A program made the position numbers and the translations under genes. The notes under the pieces were generated by a model. The model was not told the DNA's origin. It did no database searches and saw only the letters and a program-made list of their open reading frames with translations. DNA of 64,000 bases from an uncultured Acidobacteriota bacterium. GTDB lineage: Bacteria; Acidobacteriota; Vicinamibacteria; Vicinamibacterales; UBA2999. This document shows, in pieces, positions 8,877-19,722 of the stretch. Each line of letters begins with the position of its first letter. Within the stretch, counting starts at the first letter, position 1. Where the stretch lies: positions 712,627 to 776,626 of the forward strand of contig CAVRQR010000009.1 in assembly GCA_963723495.1 (NCBI GenBank), written 5' to 3'.

Positions 8877-11800
8877 ATGCGAGGTTTGGTGAGAACCCTG
8901 GCTGTTCTCTCCGCAGTTCTCCTGGCGCCAGTTGTCGCGAGTGCGCAGCAGGCGTCGATATCAGGAGTCATCAAAGACGCATCCGGTGCAGTGTTGCCGG
9001 GTGTCTCAGTGGAAGCTACAAGCCCGGCCTTGACGGAAAAGGTCCGGTCGGTCGTCAGCGACGGTACAGGGCAGTATCGAATCGTCGAACTGCCTCCCGG
9101 CACATACGCCGTCACCTTCTCCCTTCCTGGATTCAACCTCGTCAAGCGCGAAGGCGTCGTGCTGACGGGAGCCCTGACCGCAAATATCGATGTCGAACTG
9201 CGCGTCGGCTCGCTCGAAGAAACCGTCACCGTGACGGGTGAGTCACCCATCGTCGACGTGCAGAGCGCGCGACGCCAGCAGATTATCGACGGAGACGTCC
9301 TTCAGACGATTCCGACCTCGCGTTCCTATAACAACGTCCTCCAGCTCGTGCCCGGCGTCGTCGCAGGCGACGGGCAGGTCCAGCTTCGCCCGACAATGTT
9401 GTTGTTCACGGCCCACGGGGGCAGCACCGAAGACGGTCGGCTGACTCTCGATGGCATCAACACTGGCGCGTCCCGCGGTGGCGCCGGCGTGTCTGGGTAC
9501 ATTCCCGACATGCAGAACGCCGCTGAGGTCACGTTCACGATTTCGGGCAATCTTGGCGAGGCCGAAACAGGCGGACCCCAGATGACGGTCGTGCCGAGGT
9601 CGGGCAGCAACACGTTCAATGGCTCCTTCTTCATCTCGGGACTGAACGACAGCATGCAGGGCGACAACTTCGACGCGCAGCAGCTGAGCGTGTTGGCGGT
9701 TCTCCTGCAAAGTCGCTTTTGCTCCGTGACTACCAGGTTTCCGTCGGTGGACCGGTCCTGCAGGACCGGATGTGGTTCTTCTTCAATCATCGGCGCATCG
9801 ATGCGGCCGATGCCCAGCCCGGCATCTTCGCAAACAAGAACGCTGGCGATCCCTCCAAGTGGACCTATGTGCCGGACTTCACTCAACAGGGCCGAATCGA
9901 TCAGAGCCGCAAGATCTACTCCCTGCGACTGACCACGCAGCTGACGCCCAAGAACAAGTTGATGCTGTTCTGGGACGAGCAGCCGCAGTGCAGCGGCGCC
10001 GCCTGGCCCGGCAGCTCCTCCGACGATGGCTGCATGTCGAACAAGGACGGCTGGATCTATGGCGGCAGCCAGATCAACGGCTTCTTCGGTCCCGGTCCGA
10101 ACTCGCCGGAAACCGGCGACTACGGCGACACCCATCAGAAGGTGCAGCAGGTGAAGTACACGGCGCCAGCCACCAACCGGTTGCTGCTCGAGGCGGGCTT
10201 CGGGACCTATATCTCGCAGTGGGGCTACATGGAGCGGCCGGGCAACCCGACCAAGGACCTTGTCCGCGTGCAGGAGCAGTCGGCCCAGATCTTCGACCGC
10301 AACGGAAACAAGGTCGCGACGGCGTGCGCGGACTGTCTGACCGTGGGCGGCAACCTGAAGTATCGCTCCTCGAACTGGCCGACAGGCTACATCTTCGCGC
10401 ACACCTGGAACGCGTCCGCGAGCTACGTCACCGGTGCCCACAACATGAAGTTCGGGTATCAGGGTGCGTTCCACCGTGACGATGACAACCTGTTCCCGAC
10501 GATCAGCAATGATCACCTGATGCAGTTGACCGTCAACAACGGTGTGCCGAACAACTTCACGATTCAGTCCGGCGCGTTCACAAGGAAGGTACGCACCGAG
10601 TACTACGCGTTCTTCGCACAGGAAACATGGACGAAGGATCGCCTGACGTTGCAGGGCGCGCTGCGATTCGATCGTGCGTGGAGCTCTTTCCCAGAGCAGG
10701 TCATCGGTCCGTCCGTCACGGATTACCGACAGCGATCGTGCTTCCACCGCAGGACGGCATTACCGGCTACAACGACATCAGCCCGCGCATTGGTGGCGCG
10801 TACGATGTGTTCGGTAACGGGAAGACATCGCTCAAGGCAAACGTCGGACGTTACCTGCATCCGGCCTCGAACCAGGGGCGCTACATCAACGCCAACCCTT
10901 CCGAGCTCGTCTCGACGATCACGGGACGTGCGTGGACCGACGCTAACGGCAACTACTGGCCCGACTGCAATATCCTCGACGGCCGACCGCAAAGCCCCGC
11001 GACAACGGGTTCGATCGACACGTGCGGCGTCTGGGCAGATCCGAATTTCGGGCGAGAACGTCCGAGTACCACGCTCGATGAGTCCATCCTCGGAGGCTGG
11101 GGAGCGCGGCCTTACGACTGGCAGTTCGGCGTCTCGGTACAGCAGGAAGTCATGCCTCGCGTCTCCGTCGAAGTCGGGTACTACCGTCGGTGGTGGCCCA
11201 TCTTCGGCGGGCACGACGTCACCGACAACGTACTGACCAGCGCATCCGACTACAGCCAGTTCAGTGTTGTAGCTCCATCCGACTCCAAGCTGCCAAATGG
11301 CGGCGGATACTCAGTCCCTGGTATCTACAACATCACGCCCGGAGCAGCGTTGCGCGGTGCTGAGAACGTTCAGTCAGCGGCGAACGACTTCGGCAATTAC
11401 AAACGATACTGGGATGGCTTCGACATCACGGCGCAGGCACGCTTCGCAACGGGCTGACGCTCCAGGGTGGAACGAGCAGTGGCCGACTCGTCGAGGACAT
11501 CTGCGACGTGCGCACGCAGGTTCCGGAGTTGTCGGCCGGTGCGGGGGGAGTTCTGGCGAGTCCGACCAATCCGTAGTGTCGGCAGTCCGAACCGCTGCTC
11601 ACAACCTTCAAGGGGCTGTTCAGCTATCTGATCCCGAAGGTGGATGTGCAGGTTGCGGGTACCTTCTCGAGCCGTCCCGGTGTCAGCCTGACGGCGAATC
11701 AGGTCTACACCAGCGCGCAGATCGCTAACCCGGCGTTCTCGACGCTCGGGCGTCCACTGGCACAGGTGGCGACCGTCACCGTCAATCTGGTCGAGCCGCA

Positions 11801-12017
11801 AACCGAGTTCGGCGACAGAATCGATCAGCTCGACCTCCGCTTCGGCAAGATCCTCCGATTCGGCCGGACGAGAACCAACCTCAACGTGGACATCGTCAAC
11901 GCGCTGAACTCGAACGACAATCTCGGGTACAGCACGACGTTCAGCCCGACGTGGCCAACACCGACGAGCGTGCTCACTGCCAGGCTCTTCCGTCTGAGCG
12001 CGCAGTTCGACTTCTAA
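8877..12017 (+). pseudogene. TonB-dependent receptor with N-terminal carboxypeptidase-regulatory-like domain (TBDR1); 3 frame changes plus one in-frame TAG
   Basis: The gene is pieced from ORFs 8865..9932, 9719..11236, 10627..11457 and 11640..12017. N-terminus: ISGVIKDASGAVLPGVSVEATSPALTEKVRSVVSDGTGQYRIVELPPGTYAVTFSLPGF. C-terminus: LRFGRTRTNLNVDIVNALN..ARLFRLSAQFDF. TAG at 11574-11576. The likely start is ATG 8877 (GGAGG-N6-ATG). Confidence 0.85.
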
Positions 12018-12028
12018 GGTCATCTGCT

Positions 12029-12102
12029 CAACTCCCGAACTCCGGACTTCCGAATCCCAAGTATCGGCTTGGTAGTTCGGGAGTTGGAGGTTCCGGGAGT
12101 TG
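12029..12102. repeat. low-complexity hairpin element, GGGAGTTGG family
   Basis: The arm caactcccgaactccggacttccgaatcccaag faces cttggtagttcgggagttggaggttccgggagttg. It lies just after the TBDR1 stop. Confidence 0.7.
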
Positions 12103-12147
12103 ACTCCCACCCCGCACCATGCGGGGATTTGTTACGATCCCCTCGGG

Positions 12148-13677
12148 ATGTCCCGCCTTTCCGCCATCCTCTTCTGCATTGCATTCGTTCTGTGTGGTCC
12201 TGTGCACTCGACTGCGCAGGTCAAGGACGCATTCATTCAGGGTGTGGCTGACTTCGTCAACGCCGCCAACGGATATGAGCGGCGACGAAGGTCCCGCTGC
12301 TGACGGCCGCCATCGACGCCATGGCTGCTGGTCTGGCGCAGTGGGACGCTGCCGTGGCGAAGGTCGAGGCAGGACTCACCGCTGAGATCGGGGAGGCTCC
12401 GCCTCCGTCGCCGCCCGTATGCGCGCGGCGCTTGGCGCCGTTTATCTGGAGCGCGGGCGCTGGATGCGGCACTCGAAGCAGTTCGATGCCGCCGTGGCCT
12501 CGACCCTCAGGTCGATGATGTTCAGCTATCTGCGTGGACTCCTGTACGTGCGTGCGAACCGGCCGAACGAAGCTGGTAGCCTTTCGCGCCGCGTTGCAGC
12601 AGGAGCCCGCGAAATGTCACGACCGCCTACCTGTTTCTTCGCGCGTCATCACAGCGTGCCGAAGCTGGTGAGACGAACGCCGCGATGAAGACGCTCTCGG
12701 AGGCAGTGGAGAGCGCGACCCTCTGCAAACCGTCCGCAGTTCATGGTCCTCGACTTTCTCGACGAGGCGTCGGTGGCTGCGCCCGTGTTCGTGCCTGCTG
12801 CTATATAGCGATGCGGCCGCGCTTCTCATGCAAGGCGAAGTACGACGAGGCCATCGCCTCGCTGCGAAAGAGGGCCGAGCAAGTCTCTTGCTGCCGCACG
12901 AGACGAACGTACGCGCCTGGCGGCGGCCGATGCGCGCGATCGAATCAGGAGATCCTCCGCGGCGCGTGCCGCGCTTGGAGGAGCGGTACGGGCATTCCCC
13001 AAGTCGGGACGGTCGCACTGGAAGCTGGGACGGCTTCAGAGCGACTCGGGGACGATGCAGCGGCGCTGAAGTCATTCCAGAGCGGCAGTCTCGCTGCCGT
13101 CTCTCGGTGGAGCGGCCAACGTGTACGCGCGCGATCGGGCGGATTCAACACAACCAACTCGATCTCGACGCCGCGATCTCGGCTTACGGACGCAGGGTCG
13201 AGCTCACGCCGAACGACGCGTTGGCGCATCTCGATCTGGGGGACGTGTATCGCGCGCAGGACCGACTGGATGACGCGCTCGCCGAGTATCTGATCGCCTC
13301 GCTTCTCGATCCGGCCAACGTCAGGGCGCTCGCCACCGCGGCGCAGATTCATGCCTCCGCCGGTCGCGATGATGCGGCGGTCCGGCTGCTGCGTCGGGCC
13401 GTCACGCTGGACTCGGCACATCTCGAGGCGCGTTACGCGCTCGGTCGCGCGCTGATGCGTCTTGGGCCAGATGGAGGAGGGACGGCGCGAGCTGCAGGTG
13501 TTCGAGCAGCTTCAGCAGAAGGCGATGCAGGACGAGAGGCGACGCTTTCAGGAGAACCAGATCAAGATCGAAGAGACGTTGAAGGCGGCACGCGGCGGGA
13601 GCCGGGCCGATGAGGTGTCTGGCCGCTGCGCTGACGACAGCGTTGGTGATTGTCATCGCCAACGACGATCGCGCTGA
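12148..13677 (+). pseudogene. tetratricopeptide-repeat protein, secreted, heavily frameshifted (>=6 frame changes)
   Basis: Signal peptide MSRLSAILFCIAFVLCGPVHSTAQ (ORF 12100..12303). TPR units are scattered over ORFs 12321.., 12419.., 12828..13613 (LDLGDVYRAQDRLDDALAEYLIASLLDPANV..) and 13462..13677. Confidence 0.6.
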
Positions 13678-15337
13678 TGCGCGATGGCAACCGAAATCAA
13701 GTGGAGCGTCCGCTCCGCGATGGGTCACGTTCGAGAACATCGCCGCCACCGCCGGCGTGACATTCGCGAATATCAATGGTGCCAGCCCCGACAAGTATCT
13801 CGTCGAGACGATGGGGTCGGGAGGGCTGTTCTTCGACTACGACAACGACGGTTGGATCGATCTCTTTCTCGTCGATGGTGGTTCGATCGCCGATACCACA
13901 GTGAACGCTCGCGCGCGGCATCGATTGCTTTCGCAATGCGGGCAACGGCATCTTCAAGGATGTGACGGACGGCGTCGGGCATCACGCACCGCGACTACGG
14001 CATGGGTGCATGTGCCGGCGATATCGACAACGACGGGCGAGTCGATCTGTACGTCACGAACTATGGGCCGAACATGCTGTATCGAAATATCGGGCAAGGG
14101 CGCCTTCACTGATGTCACGCGCGCGGCTGGTGTCGGTCTGAGTGGATGGAGCACCAGTTGTGCCTTCCTCGACGTCGATGTCGACGGCGATCTCGATCTC
14201 TTCGTCACGAACTACCTCGATGCGCACGAAGGCGAACAACCGCTTCTGCGGTGACGCGCAGCGTCGCATCCGCGTCTACTGCCATCCGCTCGTGTATCAA
14301 GGGCTGCCGAACGTCCTGTATCTCAACGATGGCAAGGGCACATTTACCGATGTGAGCGCGCAGGCTGGGCTCGGCGAAGTACATCGGCAACGGTCTCGGC
14401 GTCGCCGTGGGGGATTACGACGATGACGGCCGGCCCGATGTGTTTGTGGCCAACGACGGGGTGCCCAATTTCCTGTTTCACAACGAGGGTGGCGGGCGCT
14501 TCAGCGAAGTGGGTCTTCTCGCCGGCGTGGCCGTGGCCCGGGATGGCAAGCCGAGAGCGGGCATGGGCACCGAGTTCGCGGATTACAACGGGGACGGCCG
14601 GCTCGATCTGGTCGTCACCAATCACGAGTTCGAGACGACCAGTCTCTTCCGCAACGATGGCGGCGGGGTATTCGCGGATGCGACGCTCGAATGCAGGCAT
14701 CAGCGCGCCCACGCTGCCGTTCGTCGGCTTTGGCGTGGCTTCTTCGATGTCGACAACGACGCCGACCTGGATCTGTCGATCGTCAACGGGCACGTCATCG
14801 ACAACACCGCGATGTTTCGAGCCGGATCGACCCATGCGCAGCGGAAGCTGCTGTTCCAGAACACCAACGGGCGCCGGTTTGCTGAAGTCGGCCGGACCTC
14901 TGGCACTGGATTCACGCGAGACGCCGTCGGCCGCACGCTGATTGGAGGCGACATCGACAACGATGGCGATATCGATCTGGTCGTCACCAACAACGGTGGT
15001 GCGCCTGACGTGCTCCGCAACGGCGGTGGCAACGCGCGTCACTTCGATTCTGATTCGCGTCGCCGGGTCGACCAGCAATCGTGACGGGCTGGGCGCGCGG
15101 GTAACCGTTGCCGCCGGCGGGCGCACGCAGGTGCGAGAGGTGAAGTCGGGATCGAGCTATCTTGGTCAGAACGATCTGCGTGTGCACGTCGGCCTTGGTG
15201 AATCGACGCGCGTCGACCGGATCGACGTGCGCTGGCCGGCGGGAAAAACGGATACGATTCGCGATGTAGCCGCAAACCAGATCGTCACGATCACCGAGGG
15301 GCAGGGCGTGACGAGCCGTTCCCCGTTGTCTCGATAA
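13610..15337 (+). pseudogene. CRTAC1-family protein (FG-GAP/VCBS repeats + ASPIC/UnbV C-terminal domain), heavily frameshifted
   Basis: Pieced from ORFs 13610..14254, 14407..15084 and 14942..15337, plus short out-of-frame stretches. Motifs: GSGGLFFDYDNDGWIDLFLVDGG, DVDVDGDLDLFVTNY, GDYDDDGRPDVFVANDGVPNFLFHN, and the end GARVTVAAGGRTQVREVKSGSSYLGQNDLRVHVGLG. Confidence 0.8.
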
Positions 15338-15377
15338 GGTCGGGATTCTTGATTCGTCAAATCAACAATTGAGCGCC

Positions 15378-16271
15378 CTATCGTCTGGCCGGTCGTGGCG
15401 TCGCCGGTCGCTCGACCTTCTGTGCCGGCTGACCCACGCGCGCGACCCCGCGCGACCGCCCGTAGTCGGACGCGACCGACTCGACCGAGTTGGTCAGCTC
15501 CGGGTGCTGTGTGAGCATGCCCTCGATACGACGCACCGCCTGTCGAAGTACGGGCAGCCGCTTCTTGATCATCGTGTCGCGGTCCAGCCGATTGGTGACG
15601 TCGGAGCAGTTCGCAGCCGCGACGATCCGGCCATGCGGACCGAAGATCGGCAGCGCCACGGACACGATGCCGTAGTCGAGCTCATCCTGGATCGCTGCGT
15701 ACCCCTTGGTGCGCACATCTTTGAGAATGCGGCGCAGCGCAGCGGGATTGGTCTCCGTCTGCTCGGTCAATCGTCGCAACGTTGCGCGCTCGAAGTACGC
15801 GTCGACGGCCGATTCCGGCTGGAACGCCAGCAGGACCCGACCCATCGAGGTCGGATACGCCGGATACCGCGAGCCTGCTCCCGCCGTCAGGCGGATCGCG
15901 CGATTCAGCGAGGCGTGCGCGATATAAACAATGTCGATTTCGTCGAGGACCGTCACTGACGAGCTGCCGCCGACCTCGTTGACCACTTCCTGAAGGAAGG
16001 GCTGCAGAACGACCTCGGCGTTGATGGCGCTCAGATATCCAGTACCGATGGCCAGCACCTTGGGCCGCAGGAGAAACCGCCGACCGGTTCTGCCGACATA
16101 TCCAAGCTCTTCGAGCGTATGAAGCGATCGCCGTGCGGTCGCCGGCGTCAAACCGGTCAGCGCCGCCACTTCGCTCAGCGTGAGCTGGGGATACTCGCCG
16201 GAGAACGTCTGAAGCACCCTCAGCCCGCGCTCCAGGGACGCGACGAATTCAGCCTTTGAGTTTTTCGCCAT
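15378..16271 (-). CDS. IclR-family transcriptional regulator (PcaR/PobR-like)
   Basis: Intact 297-aa ORF. N-terminal wHTH: VASLERGLRVLQTFSGEYPQLTLSEVAALTGLTPATARRSLHTLEELGYV. The IclR effector domain follows (GSRYPAYPTSMGRVLLAF..). It is divergent from TBDR2. Confidence 0.85.
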   Translation of the reverse strand: MAKNSKAEFVASLERGLRVLQTFSGEYPQLTLSEVAALTGLTPATARRSLHTLEELGYVGRTGRRFLLRPKVLAIGTGYLSAINAEVVLQPFLQEVVNEVGGSSSVTVLDEIDIVYIAHASLNRAIRLTAGAGSRYPAYPTSMGRVLLAFQPESAVDAYFERATLRRLTEQTETNPAALRRILKDVRTKGYAAIQDELDYGIVSVALPIFGPHGRIVAAANCSDVTNRLDRDTMIKKRLPVLRQAVRRIEGMLTQHPELTNSVESVASDYGRSRGVARVGQPAQKVERPATPRPARR

Positions 16272-16276
16272 GCGAA
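16264..16276. promoter_or_regulatory. palindromic box TTCGC-cat-GCGAA centred on the IclR start codon
   Basis: The central cat (16269-16271) is the ATG of the minus-strand IclR gene. A TATAAT (minus strand, 16290-16285) lies 13 nt upstream. Confidence 0.5.
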
Positions 16277-16343
16277 GAGTCCAGATTATAGCCTGCTCTC
16301 AGGCCTAAATCCCTGCCTACCCTGCTTTTGGGGCTTGTAATCC

Positions 16344-16372
16344 TTGACACCGCGTGAGTCGAAGCGTATATC
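16344..16372 (+). promoter_or_regulatory. candidate sigma70-type promoter of TBDR2
   Basis: TTGACA (16344-16349), 17-nt spacer ending AGCG, then TATATC (16367-16372). Confidence 0.5.
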
Positions 16373-16395
16373 TTCCTCCGCTCCAGGAAAAGAGA

Positions 16396-16408
16396 TTCGT
16401 ATAGCGAA
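16396..16408. promoter_or_regulatory. palindromic box TTCGT-ata-GCGAA, 23 nt downstream of the TBDR2 -10
   Basis: Read directly. It is the second copy within the 176-bp IclR/TBDR2 divergent region. Confidence 0.5.
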
Positions 16409-16447
16409 AATCCACGAAGATTTCCTGAGCGTTCGCGGAGGACAAGC

Positions 16448-19400
16448 ATGCGAGAGCGAGCAATAGCCCTGCTCCTGACCCTGGGGGTCCTGGCACTTCC
16501 GTCGGTGACGTATGCGCAGGCGCTCGGCACTATCGCCGGGGCCGTGAGAGATGCATCCGGAGCCGTGCTGCCTGGCGTGACCGTCGAAGCGTCCAGCCCG
16601 GCGCTCATCGAAAAAGTTCGAACGGTGGTGACCGATGGAAGCGGTCAGTACCAGATCGTGAATCTCCCTCCCGGCACCGTACGCCGTCACGCTTCACGCT
16701 GCCCGGATTCAGTACCTTCAAGCGCGACGGCGTCGAGGTGTCGGTGAACTTCACGTCGACCATCAACGCCGAGATGCGCGTCGGCGCGGTCGAGGAAACC
16801 ATCACGGTCACCGGTGAGAGCCCGATCGTCGATATCCAGTCGGCCGCGCAAACCCGTTCGGTGACTCAGGACATCATCAAGCAGCTTCCCGGCGGCGGCT
16901 CGTGGATTCAGATGGCCGCGAGCGTGCCCGCCATCCGCGCCGAGCGTCACGGACGTCGGCGGCGTGCTCGGCGATCAGGTCGGCGCGCAGGTGCAGGCGC
17001 ACGGCAGCCTGAACGGCGACGGCGTGTCGCTCTTCGACGGTCTGCGCATCGGCAACATGTACATCAGCTCGAACCTGACGAACATGAGCCTGTCGCCGCT
17101 GCTGTTCGATCAGGTCGACGTGCAGCTCTCCGGACAGAGCGGCGAGACGGGCACCAACGGCGTCATCATGAATGCCATCCCGCGGTCGGGCGGCAACACG
17201 GTTCCAGGGGTCGGCGCTGGTCAGCGGCTCCGCGCCCGAGCCTGCAGGGCAGCAACATCACCGACAGGCTGGAGGCTCGTGGTGTGGCGGGCGCGTCCAC
17301 GACGCTCAAGAAGCTGTTCGACATCAACGGCGCCGTTGGCGGACCGATCAAGCAGGACAAGCTCTGGTTCTACTTCACCTCGCGCTATTTCACGAACGAG
17401 TTCTACCTGGCGGGCCTGTACTACGCGCAGGACCCGACGGCGATTCGCCGCGCCGAGGACCCAGGCAACCAGGCATTTGGCGGCACCTATACCTACGACA
17501 ACAACGGGCGCGTCACCTGGGGCATCAACGACAAGCAGAAGTTCACCGGTTGGTACGCGTATCAGTACAAGGTCGACCCGCACTGGACGATCGCCGCGGC
17601 AACCACTGCGCCTGAGGCGGTGCGCGTCACGACGTGGCACACGCAGCTGTCCACCTTCAAGTGGACGTACACGGCCACGAACCGTCTGCTCTTCGAGGCG
17701 GGCGTTGCACCGGGCGCGAGCCCCGACACGATCATCGCCGAGCCCGACCGCATCAATGGCATCTCCATTCAGGACCAGGGGAGTCCTGCGGGCAGCACGC
17801 TGGGCATCAGACCGCTGATCTATCGTGCGCCGCAGGGCTTCGACTTCGACGACCGGCTTCCGTCTCAGAGCTTCGCCGCGTCGTCGAGCTACGTCACCGG
17901 CAGCCACAGCGTGAAGGTCGGGTTCGACATGCAGCGCGGTTACTTCTGGCGCGGTGACAACAACGAGTCGACTGGCGGCATCTGGTACCGCACACGCGAA
18001 GTACGTGCCCGAACCTGGTCACGATTCAGGCGCCGAATGCAGGTTGGCAGAACAATCTCAACTACAACCTCGGCATCTACGCGCAGGACCGCTGGACGAT
18101 GAATCGCCTGACGGTGAGCGGCGGCATCAGGCTCGACATGCAGAACGAGTCTACGTCCGACTTCACGTCGCAGCCGCACCGCTGGTTGCCCACCCGCAAT
18201 GAGTTCTACCCCGCGGTCGAGAACGTCCCGAACTGGAAGGACATCAACCCGCGCGTCTCCGTGGCCTACGATCTGTTCGGCACTGGCAAGACGGCGATCA
18301 AGGCGAGCGCGAGCCGGGGCGTGGAGCAGGACTCGATCCGCTATGCGGCCGCCAACAATCCCGCCAACACGCTCGGTCACTCAGGTCAGCCGCGACGTGG
18401 AACGACACGAACAATCAACTTCACAGCCGCGACTGCGACCTCCTGCAATTCCCAGCCGAACGGTGAGTGTCTCGTGTGGCAGGATCTCGGCTTCGGCAGC
18501 TCCAGGGTGAGCACCTTCTACGATCCCCGCATGCTGGAAGGGTGGGGCGTGCGGGGGTATAACTGGGAGTTCTCGGCCGGCGTGCAGCACGAGATCATCC
18601 CGCGGCTCTCGGCGAGCGTCGGCGCTACTTCCGGCGCATCTACGGAAACTTCAACGTCCTGGACAACGAGGCGCTGAGCGCCTCAGACTTCACGCGAGTA
18701 CAGCGTCGTCGCGCCGACCGACGCGCGTCTGGAGCTCTGCGGGACAGACGAGTCGGCGGCATCTACGACCAGAACCGTGCCGTCGCGAACCGCAACGTCA
18801 TCAAGCCTGCATCCGATTTCGGCGACGTGAAATCGCACTGGAACGGAGTGGACTTCTCGATCGATACGCGGCTCCAGAACGGGGTGCTGCTGCAGGGTGG
18901 TATCAGCACCGGCAAGACACGTGAACGATTACTGCGACATCATCGACGAAGTGCCCGAGGTGCTTTCGTCGGCTGCCGCCCCGACAGGGGTTCTGCTGGT
19001 CGGAATTGGCGCACCGGCGGCGGCGTGGACGCCAGCGGGATTCTGTCACCAGGAGACGCCGTTCCTCACGCAGTACAAAGCGGTTGGCGCGTACACGCTG
19101 CCGTACGGCATGCGCATCAGCGGCACATTCCAGAGCGTGCCTGGTCCCGTCAGTCGCCGCCAACAACATCTACACGGCGGTGCCGCCCTCTCTCGGCCGG
19201 CCTTTCTTCGCCGGCCAGTCCACGGTGAACGTCGTCGAGCCGGGCACGTCGTATGGCGACCGGTTGAACCAGGTCGACTTGCGGTTCTCGAAGCTGTTCA
19301 ACCTGGGGCAGGGGCGGCTCGATCTGAACGTGGACCTCTACAACGCGTTCAACTCGGACGCGATCCTGACGCAGCAGAACGCCTACGGCGCGACATGGCA

Positions 19401-19462
19401 GAACGCCGCTGACGGTGATCCAGCCGCGATTCGTGAAGTTCTCCGCGCGTTGGGACTTCTGA
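16448..19462 (+). pseudogene. TonB-dependent receptor, CarboxypepD_reg type (TBDR2); about 10 frame changes
   Basis: Pieced from ORFs 16448..16747, 16738..18102, 16964..17818, 18099..18677, 18827..19228, 18897..19412 and 19006..19470. N-terminus: GTIAGAVRDASGAVLPGVTVEASSPALIEKVRTVVTDGSGQYQIVNLPPGT. The true C-terminus, TVIQPRFVKFSARWDF plus TGA at 19460-19462, is read in a frame other than that of the last listed ORF. Confidence 0.8.
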
Positions 19463-19497
19463 TCGGCTGAACTTCACTCCGTGGCACATTCGTGCAA

Positions 19498-19526
19498 GGC
19501 GCGCGGCACATTCTGTGTCGCGCGCC
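19498..19526 (+). terminator. possible terminator hairpin after TBDR2
   Basis: GGCGCGCG-13 nt-CGCGCGCC. There is no clear T-tract. Confidence 0.3.
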
Positions 19527-19575
19527 ACCTCTTCACCGCTTCTTCCATTTCACCCGCCTTGTTCCCTCCGCCGTC

Positions 19576-19604
19576 TTGACACCATATTTTGGGTAGCGTA
19601 AAAA
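19576..19604 (+). promoter_or_regulatory. candidate sigma70-type promoter of TBDR3
   Basis: TTGACA (19576-19581), 17-nt spacer ending AGCG, then TAAAAA (19599-19604). Confidence 0.45.
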
Positions 19605-19629
19605 GGTTAGTTCGATCTGAGAAATGCAC

Positions 19630-19642
19630 TTCGCATAGCGAA
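19630..19642. promoter_or_regulatory. perfect palindromic box TTCGC-ata-GCGAA, 25 nt downstream of the TBDR3 -10
   Basis: Read directly from the sequence. Confidence 0.5.
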
Positions 19643-19722
19643 ACTCGTGCCGTGGCTCGAGGTTAGGCGAGCCGTTATTAACACTTCACCAAGGGGACAG
19701 AGGCAGGATGAGAGGTAAGAGA

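Noticed and set aside
12029-12102. Possible CRISPR array, suggested by the tandem GGGAGTTGG-type units here and at 37764, 47550 and 29531.
   Set aside because: The units are 7-9 nt and directly abutting, with no spacers. The two halves are inverted relative to each other, and no cas genes are present.
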